Source of the DNA: an uncultured Ruficoccus sp.
Lineage (GTDB): Bacteria > Verrucomicrobiota > Verrucomicrobiia > Opitutales > Cerasicoccaceae
NCBI GenBank assembly: GCA_965140785.1
Contig: OZ223473.1
Location: 22,259 to 86,258, forward strand
Direction of reading: 5' to 3'
DNA: 64,000 bases
Part shown: positions 45,338 through 54,965 of the stretch, one piece after another
Numbering within the stretch: the first letter of the stretch is position 1
Layout: every line of letters starts with the position of its first letter
Notes under the pieces: model-generated
The model's input: the letters and a program-made list of their open reading frames with translations, nothing else
What the model was told of the DNA's origin: nothing
Database searches by the model: none
Made by a program: the position numbers and the translations under genes

Positions 45338-47593
45338 TCACACTAAATCCACCGGGTCCACGTCGAGGACATCGATGATGTCATCGTCCATGGGAAAATC
45401 TTTGCGCAGGGCAACGATGTCGGGGAGAATTTTGGAGACGTTGCCGACAAAGTACCACAGGTGAAAACGGTAGGTGTCCTTGATCTTCTCCAAGGGCGCG
45501 GAGACCGGGCCGCGGATTTCGACGTTGTGCTCCAGCTTTTCGAGGTGCTCCTCCAGTCGCCGCGACCACTGTTCGGCGAAGAAGGCGACCTTCTCCGGGT
45601 TGCGCCCGCGAAAAAGGTGCCGGACCAGGTGTCGGAACGGCGGGTAGTGGAACTCGCGGCGCTGCTCCAGCTCCTCCTGTAAGAAGCCCTCGAAGTCCGC
45701 CCGTCGGGCATACTGGATCGGCGGACTGTGCGGCATAAAGGTTTGCACCACGACCTCCCCGGCCTTGTCACCGCGTCCGGCACGCCCGGCCACCTGAACC
45801 AGTAGCTGAAAAGTCCGCTCCGCCGCGCGGAAGTCCGGCACGTGCAGTGCGATGTCGGCATCGACCATGCCAACGAGCGTGACATTGGGAAAGTCCAGCC
45901 CCTTGGCCAGCATCTGCGTGCCCACGAGGATATCGAGCTTGCCCGTGCGGAAGTCGGAAAGGATTTTCCGAAACAGGTGCTTCTTGCTCATGGTGTCGGT
46001 ATCCAGACGCATGAGTCGCGCGCGGGGGATGATTTTTTGGACGGTCTCCTCGATCCTTTGCGTGCCAAAGCCCACGCCACGGTACTTGGTCGAGTCGCAC
46101 TTGGGGCAGCGTTTGGTGGGGCGCTCCTGATAGCCGCAAACGTGGCACTTGAGGCGGTTGTCGGAGCGGTGAAAGGTCAGCGTCACGCTACAGTGCGGGC
46201 ACTCGGCCACGTAGCTGCAATCCGGGCAGATCATGCGCGTGGAGTAACCCCGGCGGTTGAGAAAGAGGATCGACTGCTCCTGCTTTTCAAAACGGTCGAG
46301 CAGCTTGTCGGCGAGCATGTTTGAAATCGTGGCTGCCCCGTGCGAACTGAGCTTCTCGCGCTTCATGTCCACCAGGTGGACGGTGGGGAGCTGACGGTCG
46401 TCCACACGCTTGCTCAGTCGGTTGAGCCGGTAGCTCTTGGTCTCGACGTTATAGAGCGACTCCAGCGCGGGCGTGGCCGAACCCAGCAGGCAGACCGCCT
46501 GACAGAGCATGGAACGGTACACCGCCACGTCACGCCCGTGGTAGCGCGGCGCCTCGGCCTGCTTGTAGGCCGGCTCGTGCTCCTCGTCCACAATGATCAG
46601 CCGGAGATTTTTCAACGGCGCGAAGATGGCCGAACGCGCTCCGACCACCACCCTCGCCTCGCCCCGGGCCATGGCCATCCAGCCGTCGGCCCGCTCGCCC
46701 GCGCTCAGGTGGCTGTGCCAGACGACGACTTTCTCCCCGCGCTTGTTCAGGCGCGAACGCAGGCGGCCCACCGTCTGCGGGGTCAGCGCGACCTCGGGAA
46801 CCAGAAAAATCACGCTGCCCCCGGCATCCACCACCCGCTCCAGCGCCCGCAGGTACACCTCGGTCTTACCCGAGCCGGTCACACCGTGAATCAGGTGCGT
46901 GCGAAATTCCCCCGCCTCCAGGCTGGCCTCGACATCGGCCAATGCGGCGGCCTGCTCCTCGGTCAGCGTAACCTCCTGAGTCGGCAACGCCTCCTCGTCA
47001 CCCAGATCGTCGGCATAGGCCTCCCGGGCCTCGTCCTGCAACACCTCCTTGAGAAACCCTTTCTTAACCAGTGCATCGCACGAGGTCGGGGAAAGCTTGA
47101 GGCGACTCAGCAACAGCGCGCGCGCCACCGGGACGGGCTGCTGCTCCAGAAACAGGATCAGCTCGGCCTGGCGGGGGGCGCGCTTAGCCAGCGCATCCAT
47201 TTCATCGGGGGTCGGCTTGCGGTCCAGAGTCAGCAGGCGGGTCGTTTTCGGGGCCATGATGGCACGCACGGGCGCGGGCACGAGGGTCTCCAGCACACTC
47301 TCAAGACTGGCCGCGTAATAGCGCGCCAGCCATAGCGCCAGCCGCAGCAGGTCCGGGGAAACCACCGGGTCGTCGTAGAGGGCGTCGTGGACGAACTTGA
47401 GCCGCAGCGGATCGATGTCCTCGCTCAGCCCTTCGCAGACCAGCCCGAGACGGGAACGGTTCAGCAGGGGCACACGCACCAGTGCTCCGGGCCCGACGTA
47501 GCCCTTGAGCTTCGGCGGCACCGCATAGGCGAGCGGTTTTTCCGGGCCGCCAATGGGCAGGACTTCGATCATGTGCGCGGACGGCTCGGGCAT
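45338..47593 (-). CDS. priA: Primosomal protein N'
   Basis: GVTGSGKTEVY, DEEHE, CxxC zinc motifs, QVAGRAGR. Confidence 0.96.
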   Translation of the reverse strand: MPEPSAHMIEVLPIGGPEKPLAYAVPPKLKGYVGPGALVRVPLLNRSRLGLVCEGLSEDIDPLRLKFVHDALYDDPVVSPDLLRLALWLARYYAASLESVLETLVPAPVRAIMAPKTTRLLTLDRKPTPDEMDALAKRAPRQAELILFLEQQPVPVARALLLSRLKLSPTSCDALVKKGFLKEVLQDEAREAYADDLGDEEALPTQEVTLTEEQAAALADVEASLEAGEFRTHLIHGVTGSGKTEVYLRALERVVDAGGSVIFLVPEVALTPQTVGRLRSRLNKRGEKVVVWHSHLSAGERADGWMAMARGEARVVVGARSAIFAPLKNLRLIIVDEEHEPAYKQAEAPRYHGRDVAVYRSMLCQAVCLLGSATPALESLYNVETKSYRLNRLSKRVDDRQLPTVHLVDMKREKLSSHGAATISNMLADKLLDRFEKQEQSILFLNRRGYSTRMICPDCSYVAECPHCSVTLTFHRSDNRLKCHVCGYQERPTKRCPKCDSTKYRGVGFGTQRIEETVQKIIPRARLMRLDTDTMSKKHLFRKILSDFRTGKLDILVGTQMLAKGLDFPNVTLVGMVDADIALHVPDFRAAERTFQLLVQVAGRAGRGDKAGEVVVQTFMPHSPPIQYARRADFEGFLQEELEQRREFHYPPFRHLVRHLFRGRNPEKVAFFAEQWSRRLEEHLEKLEHNVEIRGPVSAPLEKIKDTYRFHLWYFVGNVSKILPDIVALRKDFPMDDDIIDVLDVDPVDLV

Positions 47594-47740
47594 ATCCAAG
47601 AATGGCGAAACCGCCCTGCCCTCTTCAATCCTATTTCCTGTCCACGTGACACAGACCAGGCCCACTGAACGATCCTGGCCTTTCATCCGGAAAAACATCG
47701 GGATGCGCGACATCCGTGGCACAGGGCATGCCCTATAGAC

Positions 47741-47770
47741 AAAAAAAGAGCCCGCATTACTGCGGGCTCT
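47741..47770 (-). terminator. Rho-independent terminator of the DUF11 gene
   Basis: AGAGCCCGCA-TTAC-TGCGGGCTCT with A7 on the + strand. Confidence 0.85.
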
Positions 47771-47795
47771 CGAAAGTTCGGACTAACCTTGGATC

Positions 47796-49436
47796 TTAGT
47801 AGATCGTGGTCGATTCCTGGTCGAGGATCGGCTCGTCGCGGAAGTTGGTCGTGGTTTCCACCTTGGTGGTGACCGTACCGGCCTTGACAGCCTGGACCGT
47901 GATCGAGCGGATGACTTCCTTACCCGGGGCCAGGGAGACCTGCGGGAAGGTGACCGTCTGACCGGAGATGACACCGCCGGCGCTGACCGAAACGATCTTC
48001 AACTGGCTCGGGATGGTGACCTTCTGACCGGTGACGGTGAAGGTTTCATACGAGGACTGGTTGAGGGCGTTCAGCGTGTAGGTGGTTTCCTGGTTGATCT
48101 GGATCGGGTCGATCGAGTCGCGGATCGAGCTGTGGATACCGGGGACAGCCCTCCAAGCCGTGGAAGCCGTGGCGGTTTCCTTGATACCGTCAGTGGTGGC
48201 GGTAGCGGTGTTGGTGGTGGTCATCGGACGGGTGGCGTAGCCGTTAACCGTGAAGGAACGGGAAGCGCCGGGGGCCAAGGTGTCGATGGTCCAGTCGATT
48301 TCGTCAGCCGTGTCGTCGGTCTGCGGGTCGCCGCCCGGGTTCCAGTAGCCGAAGATGGTACGATTCGGATCCTTCTTCAGGCTGACGGTCTTACCGGTGT
48401 CAACGTCCTTGACGGTGGCGTTCTTGACTTCACCTTCGAGCACGAAGTCGTCCGGCAGCGAGTCAACCACAGCGATGTTGTTCAGCGTGGTGTCGCCGTC
48501 GTTGGTAACGGTGATGGTGTAGGTTTCGTCAGAGAAGATGTAGCCGCTAGCCGGACCGGTCTTGGTGATCTTCAGGCTGGACTGCTGCACCACGATCGGA
48601 GCGGTGGCCTTAACGGGTCCGCCCTGGGCGAAGGTCGAGGTCGCGGTGTTGACGAACTTACCGCCCTTGTCGGCGGAAGCGACAACCGTCATGGTGGCGC
48701 TCTGGCCGGGATCGAGGGTGCCAACGTTCTTGGTCAGCGGGCTCTTGGCGGTGAAGCCGGCCGGGAGGACGTCGGTGATGACGACCTGATCGGCGTAGGC
48801 ATTACCGGTGTTCTTGGCGGTAACGGTCCAGGTCACGTCGCTGCCGAGTTCAGTCGTGGGCGGACCGACCTTGGTCAGGGTGATTTCGGGCTTACCGACG
48901 AAGATCGGGAGGCAAACCATCGGATCGGCGCTGACCACGCTGCAAACTTCGAAGTTGCCGACCTTGGAGGGAACCACCGTCACGGTGATGTCCTTCTGGT
49001 CGCCAGCCTTCATCGCGGGCAGGTCCCAGCTGGGCATCCCGAACTGGTCCATGCTGGCCTTCGGGTCGGACTTCTGGAACTTGATTTCCGCCGGCATGAT
49101 TTCAGCCACTTTCACATTGGTGACGGGCTGCTTGGCCGTGACGTTAATCTTGTAGGTGAAGGGCGAACCAGCCATCGAGCCGGAAAGGTACTGCTTGCTG
49201 ACGGTGACGAGTTCGTCCTCATAAATGATGGACTTATCGGCAGCCTTGGTGGTGTCGGCCTTGGTCTGGACAGCTTTGCCGTCAACCTGGGAGTAGCCGT
49301 GAACCTCACTGACAGGACCTTCGGAAGGATCAGGACCTTCCACGGTCTTGGTGGATTCGCAACCAGTAAGGAGGAGTGCGGCTGAGAGAGCTCCGGGAAC
49401 CCAGAGAGACTTCAGCAGTGTAAGTGATAATTTCAT
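47796..49436 (-). CDS. DUF11-repeat lipoprotein, OmcB-like
   Basis: Lipobox LLTGC; repeats TKxGP...YTITVTNxG...VVxDxLP; DSIDPIQ...TTY; QESTTIY end. Confidence 0.75.
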   Translation of the reverse strand: MKLSLTLLKSLWVPGALSAALLLTGCESTKTVEGPDPSEGPVSEVHGYSQVDGKAVQTKADTTKAADKSIIYEDELVTVSKQYLSGSMAGSPFTYKINVTAKQPVTNVKVAEIMPAEIKFQKSDPKASMDQFGMPSWDLPAMKAGDQKDITVTVVPSKVGNFEVCSVVSADPMVCLPIFVGKPEITLTKVGPPTTELGSDVTWTVTAKNTGNAYADQVVITDVLPAGFTAKSPLTKNVGTLDPGQSATMTVVASADKGGKFVNTATSTFAQGGPVKATAPIVVQQSSLKITKTGPASGYIFSDETYTITVTNDGDTTLNNIAVVDSLPDDFVLEGEVKNATVKDVDTGKTVSLKKDPNRTIFGYWNPGGDPQTDDTADEIDWTIDTLAPGASRSFTVNGYATRPMTTTNTATATTDGIKETATASTAWRAVPGIHSSIRDSIDPIQINQETTYTLNALNQSSYETFTVTGQKVTIPSQLKIVSVSAGGVISGQTVTFPQVSLAPGKEVIRSITVQAVKAGTVTTKVETTTNFRDEPILDQESTTIY

Positions 49437-49715
49437 CGCGATCTTGGTTTGATTTAGGATTAGGTTTTAAAAAGCCGGAGCAGTATGGATAGCACACGGC
49501 TACGTAATTAGCAATCAAGCCCGGGATAAAAGAGCCTGTCAACTCCCAAAATGATGATGTATAGAGGTCTGCGGCATCCCTGGAGTGTTGCAAAAGGCTA
49601 CTAGATCGGCCTGAAAATAACGCCCTTAACCCGAGCTGGTAAAAAAACACGCGCGGGGGTAATTACCATTTGACCCGCCCCCTTCCTAGTGTCAATTTAG
49701 TCTCATTTAAAAAAG

Positions 49716-50204
49716 ATGACTGTCCTAAGCGAGCAATCCGTGGATATCGAAAACCCCCGAGACACCTTCAAAAAGTTCCTGGTCAGCAAGGGCTTGCGCG
49801 TCACCAATCAACGCATGGCGATTTTTGATGCCGCCTTCGAGCTTAATGATCACTTCACCGCGGAGGACCTGCTGGACCGTTCCCGCCAGTTGGACGACTC
49901 GGTTTCGCGCGCCACCGTTTACCGTTCCCTGCCGATTCTAACCGAGAGCGGGCTGATCCGTGAGATCGATGTCGGACACGACAATAAATATTATCACTCC
50001 AACCGCCAGGCTCGCACATTTCAGGCTCAGGTGATTTGTGAAGATTGCGGAAAAATCTTCGAAGTGGACGCCCCGTTCATGGAATGGTATGGCAAAACCG
50101 TCTGCGACAAGCTTAACATGAAGCCCGAGTCGCAGCGCCTCCAGGTCAACGCCCATTGCCTCTTCCGCGCCGAAACCGGCGTCTGCGAGCGCGCCGCCAA
50201 GTAA
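49716..50204 (+). CDS. Fur-family transcriptional regulator
   Basis: [30 protein letters not shown]. Confidence 0.88.
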   Translation: MTVLSEQSVDIENPRDTFKKFLVSKGLRVTNQRMAIFDAAFELNDHFTAEDLLDRSRQLDDSVSRATVYRSLPILTESGLIREIDVGHDNKYYHSNRQARTFQAQVICEDCGKIFEVDAPFMEWYGKTVCDKLNMKPESQRLQVNAHCLFRAETGVCERAAK

Positions 50205-50284
50205 ACACTCCGGCGCAAAGGGCCTGTCGTTATTTAATCCCACCCGGGTGTTGACGGCGACCCGGTGTCGATAAAACTTTTCCT

Positions 50285-51268
50285 ATGAGCGCGACGCTTG
50301 ATTTTGAACCGCTGACCCTGCCTTCGCTGAACGGACCGGAGGAGCCGCTTTCGGCTATCCAGGAGGAAATCCTGGCGCTGAAAAAGGAGCGCAACGCCGT
50401 CATCCTCGTTCACAACTACCAAGTGGACGCCATTCAGCGCGTCGGCGACTACGTGGGCGACTCGCTCGGGCTGGCCTACAATGCCGCCGAGACCGACGCC
50501 GACGTCATTGTCTTCTGCGGTGTGCATTTCATGGCCGAGACGGCCAAGATCGTCAATCCCTCCAAGACCGTGCTCCTGCCGGAGTTGGAAGCGGGCTGCT
50601 CGCTCTCGGACTCGTGCCCGGCGGACAAACTCGCCGCCTACCGCGAAGCCAACCCCGACCTTTACGTCGTCGCGTACATCAACTGCTCCGCCGGGGTCAA
50701 GGCGCTGAGCGATGTCATCTGCACTTCCGGTAACGCGGTAAAGATCGTCGAGCAGGTGCCTGAGGATAAGGAAATCCTTTTCGTGCCCGACCAGAACCTC
50801 GGCCAATGGGTCGCCCGCCAGACCGGACGCAAAATGCGCCTGTGGCCGGGCAGTTGCTACGCGCATGTGCTTTTCACCGCCCGCGCGCTGGAGAAGGTTA
50901 AGGCAAAGTACCCCGGCGCGCCCGTCGTCGCCCACCCCGAGTGCGTCGAGGCTGTCCGCGACATGGCCGACGAGGTGTGCAGCACAGAGAAGATGATCGG
51001 CTTCTGCAAGACCCACCCCTCGCGCGAAATTATCGTCGCCACCGAGACCGGCATGCTCAACCGCCTGCGCCGCGAAATCCCCGGCAAGCTCTTCATCGCC
51101 GGACCGACCGAGACCTGCGCCTGCAATGACTGCCGCTACATGAAGATGAACACGGTGGAAAAACTTCGTGACTGCCTGCGCGATCTCAAGCCCGAGATCA
51201 CCATGGACGAAGGCATCCGCGCCAAGGCCTACGCCCCCATCAAGCGCATGCTCGACTGGTCGCGCTGA
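50285..51268 (+). CDS. nadA: Quinolinate synthase
   Basis: HNYQ, FCGVHFMAETAK, AGCSL, AHPEC, CRYMK. Confidence 0.96.
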   Translation: MSATLDFEPLTLPSLNGPEEPLSAIQEEILALKKERNAVILVHNYQVDAIQRVGDYVGDSLGLAYNAAETDADVIVFCGVHFMAETAKIVNPSKTVLLPELEAGCSLSDSCPADKLAAYREANPDLYVVAYINCSAGVKALSDVICTSGNAVKIVEQVPEDKEILFVPDQNLGQWVARQTGRKMRLWPGSCYAHVLFTARALEKVKAKYPGAPVVAHPECVEAVRDMADEVCSTEKMIGFCKTHPSREIIVATETGMLNRLRREIPGKLFIAGPTETCACNDCRYMKMNTVEKLRDCLRDLKPEITMDEGIRAKAYAPIKRMLDWSR

Positions 51269-51283
51269 CCGGCACCGTTTTCT

Positions 51284-51541
51284 TTCCTGGGCTTACGCAG
51301 CCCAGACCCGCGGCAGGCACAGCCTGCACTTTCGATGCTACGCATCGCTTCAGCGTTTGTTGAAAAGAGCCGTGGCTTTTTTCAACAAACGCTGAAGGGC
51401 ATCAAAACTGGGTCTCCACACTATCGATAAATCTTGCCCATCAGGGTAGCCGCCTGTCTGGCGGCGTAGGGGGCGGGGACCAGTCCCCCTCAGTGCCACC
51501 GGGTGAAACCCGGGGCGGGGCTGGGCTGCGCAAACCCAGAA
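51284..51541. repeat. Composite multi-hairpin element with ~26-bp terminal inverted repeats, copy B (MITE/REPIN-like)
   Basis: CTGGGCTTACGCAGCCCAGACCCGC ... GCGGGGCTGGGCTGCGCAAACCCAG; internal palindrome 51350-51395 and a GTAG arm. Confidence 0.75.
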
Positions 51542-51617
51542 AACAAAACACGATTCGCGTATTGCCGGGGTATGACAGCGCTGTCAGGTTAAAAGGTTAA
51601 AACCCATCCTTATCGTC

Positions 51618-52856
51618 ATGGCCGCCGAACCGATCCCCTCCCCTTTGCCCCTCGACGGTGCGGACCGGGAGGTGGCGAAAAAGACTTATTTCTACGACCG
51701 CTGGCGGGGCTTTTTTTACGGGCTGCTGGAGCCGGGCTGGGTCACGTTTTCGCTTATCATTGCGATCCGGTACTTCGACATGCCGGACTACCTGAAGGCG
51801 TTGCTGCCGGCGGCGGCCTTCATCGGGTTGTTCGTCAATGTCTTTACGGTGGCGTTGTGCGGACGCACGAAAAAGCCCGCGGCGTGGCTGCTCTCTCTGA
51901 TCATGATCATGTGCGCGCTGTGCATCACCGGAGCGATGCTGGCACCGGGGCTGGCACTGTTTTTGGCCTTTTTCATCGCGGCCAACATCATGTACGTGCA
52001 GAACCCGCCGCTGCTGATTCAGATCTACTCGGCCAATTACCGGCCCGGCGAACGCGGCGGCAAGGTATCCACCGTGCTGATTCTGCTCTCGCTGGGCGGG
52101 ATCGCCGCCGGTTGGCTCGGCGGCGAGGCGCTCGACCGCGACATCACGCTGTTCCCGCTCATCCTGGCCGGGATGGCGGCGGCCTGCGTGATCAGCGCGG
52201 TGTTGGTGCGGCGCATTCCCTCGCGCCCGCTCGACCCCAAGGCCAACGCCCACCCGCTGCGCAGTTTTTCGGTCATCTGGCAGGACAAGCTTTTCGGCTG
52301 GCTGCTGTTTTGCTGGATGATCATGGGCGCGACCAATCTGATGACAATCCCCCTGCGCATCGAGTACATGGCCGATCCCCGGTATGGCATCAACGCGAGC
52401 AACTTCGAGATTTCGCTCGTCACGTTTATCATCCCCATGCTCGCCCGCTTGCTCAGCACGAAAATCTGGGGCTACCTCTTCGACCGGATCAACTTCATCA
52501 CGTGGCGGCTGCTGATCAACTCGTGCTTCATCACCGCCTTTCTCATCTACTTCAACAGCCATTCGCTCTTTTTCCTCGGGCTCGGGATGGCCTTCATCGG
52601 CATGGCCATGGGCGGCGGGAATCTCGGCTGGACGCTCTGGGTGACCAAGCTCGCCCCCTCGAACAAAGTCCCGGCCTACATGAGCGCCCATACGGCGCTG
52701 ACCGGCGTGCGCGGCACCGCCGCCCCCTTCATCGGCTACTGGGTGATCACCAGCTTCAGTCCGCACCAACTCAGCCTGCTGTGCGCCGGACTGATGGTGC
52801 TGGCCAGCCTGTTCTTCGCCGCCGCCTGGAAGTCCCCCCGCATGAGCGGTGCGTGA
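51618..52856 (+). CDS. MFS transporter
   Basis: About 12 TMs; YRPGERG, WGYLFDR loops. Confidence 0.85.
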   Translation: MAAEPIPSPLPLDGADREVAKKTYFYDRWRGFFYGLLEPGWVTFSLIIAIRYFDMPDYLKALLPAAAFIGLFVNVFTVALCGRTKKPAAWLLSLIMIMCALCITGAMLAPGLALFLAFFIAANIMYVQNPPLLIQIYSANYRPGERGGKVSTVLILLSLGGIAAGWLGGEALDRDITLFPLILAGMAAACVISAVLVRRIPSRPLDPKANAHPLRSFSVIWQDKLFGWLLFCWMIMGATNLMTIPLRIEYMADPRYGINASNFEISLVTFIIPMLARLLSTKIWGYLFDRINFITWRLLINSCFITAFLIYFNSHSLFFLGLGMAFIGMAMGGGNLGWTLWVTKLAPSNKVPAYMSAHTALTGVRGTAAPFIGYWVITSFSPHQLSLLCAGLMVLASLFFAAAWKSPRMSGA

Positions 52857-52915
52857 CCGCACTCGACGATGAGGGGCGCTGCCCCTACGCGGCCAGAAAG
52901 GCCGCTACCCCTGAT
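52847..52915. repeat. GTAG-type REP-like element
   Basis: GCGGTGCGTGACCGCACT (identical to 45109) then TGAGGGGCGCTGCCCCTACG...GCTACCCCTGATG. Confidence 0.7.
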
Positions 52916-53069
52916 GATTGGATCTTCTTTATAGACCGGTCATGCCACCTGAAGGAGGCATAGGCATTCCATCGCAGTAATTTTTCCCCGACTCAACACT
53001 CGCCATGCTTTGCCCAAAACAAAGATATCAATGATCAAAAAGGATCACGGGTACAGGGCGATGCCTTGA

Positions 53070-54113
53070 TTACCGAAACCCGAAGACAAGCTGAAGATTG
53101 TCCTTGAGGCCTGAGCCGAGGGTGGGCTTGCCGTTTTTCATGACAAGAGTGTCGCGGCAATTGTCCTCGAGCTCTTCGGGGTAGTATTTGACGAGCGTGA
53201 TGTCGCCCTCGCGACGAGTGGGAACATCGTCGGCGGTGAGGGGCGTCCAGCGGATGGGCATGCCCTCGGCGGTATAGTCGATCTCCCAGCCGACCAGGCC
53301 CTGGGCGGGGATGGGCTTGGTCAGGAGCGCCGGGTAGCGCGTAATGAAGTCCGGGGCCTGCCGGGTGGCGACCTGGATGGTGAAGGCGGTGGGCTGCGAC
53401 TGGATCAGTTCGCGCATGCTGGTCAACTGCCCGGCACGGGCTTTTTCAAAGAAACGGAGCGGGTTCATCCCGGTCAGGTTCATCCCGTTGTAGTTGCCGT
53501 GCTGGTTTTTGCCACCGAAGCGCTTGTAGTTGTAATAACTCTGAAAGTCGTTGGAGTCGCGCAGACCGATCTCGAAATGCAGGTGCGAGCGGCTGCGGGG
53601 AATCGAGTACCCACCGGCGGAATGGCCCATGCGGCCCAGGCGCTCCCCCGCCTCGACCGGGGTGCCGGGGCGGATGTCCGAATCGATGTCGGCCATGTGC
53701 GCGTAGAGAGTATAAACGGGCACGTCGAGCTGAGGATGCTCGATCACGACATAGCGGCCATAACTGCTGTTGCCCGCGATGCGGTTGGCGTAGGCAACGC
53801 GCCCGGCCATGACGGCGTAAATCGGATCGGTGGGCTCGCCGTTGCGGTCCTTGCCGATAGGTTTCAAATCAACGCCCTCGTGGAAACGGTTGCCGCCGTT
53901 GCGTACGCAGCCGTAGAGGCCGCTTTCGGGGCGGCCCGAGGCCGTCGGCTGGAGCAGGGGCATGATGTCGCCGGTCTGGAAGTACTCACCGTTGGGCGTG
54001 GGCCAGTAAACCGGGATCGGCGTGCCCGACTGGGCGTGGGCCGGTAAAATGAGCGCCCACAGCAGGCAGCTCGCAGCAATAAACGGGACGCAAAACCGCA
54101 TCTTGATTCTCAT
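53070..54113 (-). CDS. M23 family metallopeptidase
   Basis: HEGVD, YGRYVVIEH, YAHM, HLHFEI. Confidence 0.9.
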   Translation of the reverse strand: MRIKMRFCVPFIAASCLLWALILPAHAQSGTPIPVYWPTPNGEYFQTGDIMPLLQPTASGRPESGLYGCVRNGGNRFHEGVDLKPIGKDRNGEPTDPIYAVMAGRVAYANRIAGNSSYGRYVVIEHPQLDVPVYTLYAHMADIDSDIRPGTPVEAGERLGRMGHSAGGYSIPRSRSHLHFEIGLRDSNDFQSYYNYKRFGGKNQHGNYNGMNLTGMNPLRFFEKARAGQLTSMRELIQSQPTAFTIQVATRQAPDFITRYPALLTKPIPAQGLVGWEIDYTAEGMPIRWTPLTADDVPTRREGDITLVKYYPEELEDNCRDTLVMKNGKPTLGSGLKDNLQLVFGFR

Positions 54114-54153
54114 GGCCAGCGGGAAGGAATGCCTGTCGATTGTCGGCGCGGTT

Positions 54154-54654
54154 TTATTGATTCCGCTTGAGCTGGTTCACCTCTTTTAGGCTCTCTTTCA
54201 TCTTGGCAACCAGATCCAGCAACTCCTCGTCCGAGAGTTCGGTGAAGGTATAAAAGATTCCGCCCGGCATGGGGCCGTCGATCTGGCGGGCACCGATAGG
54301 GATGTCGTCTACCACGGTGATGATCATACGCCCCCGGTTGGTGACCGAGTCGCGGTAGAGTTCGCGCTGCCCCTCGTCGTCGAAGTAGAAACGCAACGCC
54401 ATCTTACCCGACTGCACGCGTACGGCCTCGACATTGAGCACGTTCCACGACTTCACGATCGGTTCGGCAAAGACATTGTAGTTCAGGCCGCTTTTGCTGA
54501 GCGACAGGTTCATCCCCTGGTCCAGCGAGTTATAGGCGTTCCCCATCTCCAGGTAAAAGGTCGGCAGATCCTTGATGTTTTCATCACACGCGGTCATGAA
54601 AAGAAACGGCACCAGCAGGGAGAGCCGGCAGAGGCAGACTAGACGTTTACGCAT
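54154..54654 (-). CDS. Lipoprotein resembling the SecDF P1 head subdomain
   Basis: Lipobox MTAC; FYFDDEG...SVTNRGRMII. Confidence 0.55.
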   Translation of the reverse strand: MRKRLVCLCRLSLLVPFLFMTACDENIKDLPTFYLEMGNAYNSLDQGMNLSLSKSGLNYNVFAEPIVKSWNVLNVEAVRVQSGKMALRFYFDDEGQRELYRDSVTNRGRMIITVVDDIPIGARQIDGPMPGGIFYTFTELSDEELLDLVAKMKESLKEVNQLKRNQ

Positions 54655-54762
54655 CCGGCCATGGTTGCATGCCTGCGGCCACAGGCAAGGCGATTTTCAA
54701 GAAAGCCGCCTCCCCTCGGGGGAGTGTCTCGATTGACGCTGCTTCCGGCAGCGGGGAAAATT

Positions 54763-54837
54763 TGGAGGTGCGGGGCGGAATCGAACCGCCGTATAGGAGT
54801 TTTGCAGACTCCGGCCTTACCACTTGGCTACCGCACC
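54763..54837 (-). tRNA. tRNA-Cys(GCA)
   Basis: GGTGCGGTAGCCAAGTGGTAAGGC...CTGCAAA...GGTTCGATTCCGCCCCGCACCTCCA, 75 nt. Confidence 0.97.
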
Positions 54838-54965
54838 CCAGGTGCAAAACCGGTTAGTCTGCGCAAAGCGGACAACCTTTCAAGCGGTTTTTCGCCCAAA
54901 GCTGCAAAATGTTTGCCAAGGGGGAGGTTTCCCAAAAGTCTGGCCGCACAACCTCCCCTCTCCTT

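Noticed and set aside
49690..49710. Fur autoregulatory box upstream of the fur-like gene
   Set aside because: Only a half-site (AGTCTCATT) resembles the 44287 palindrome
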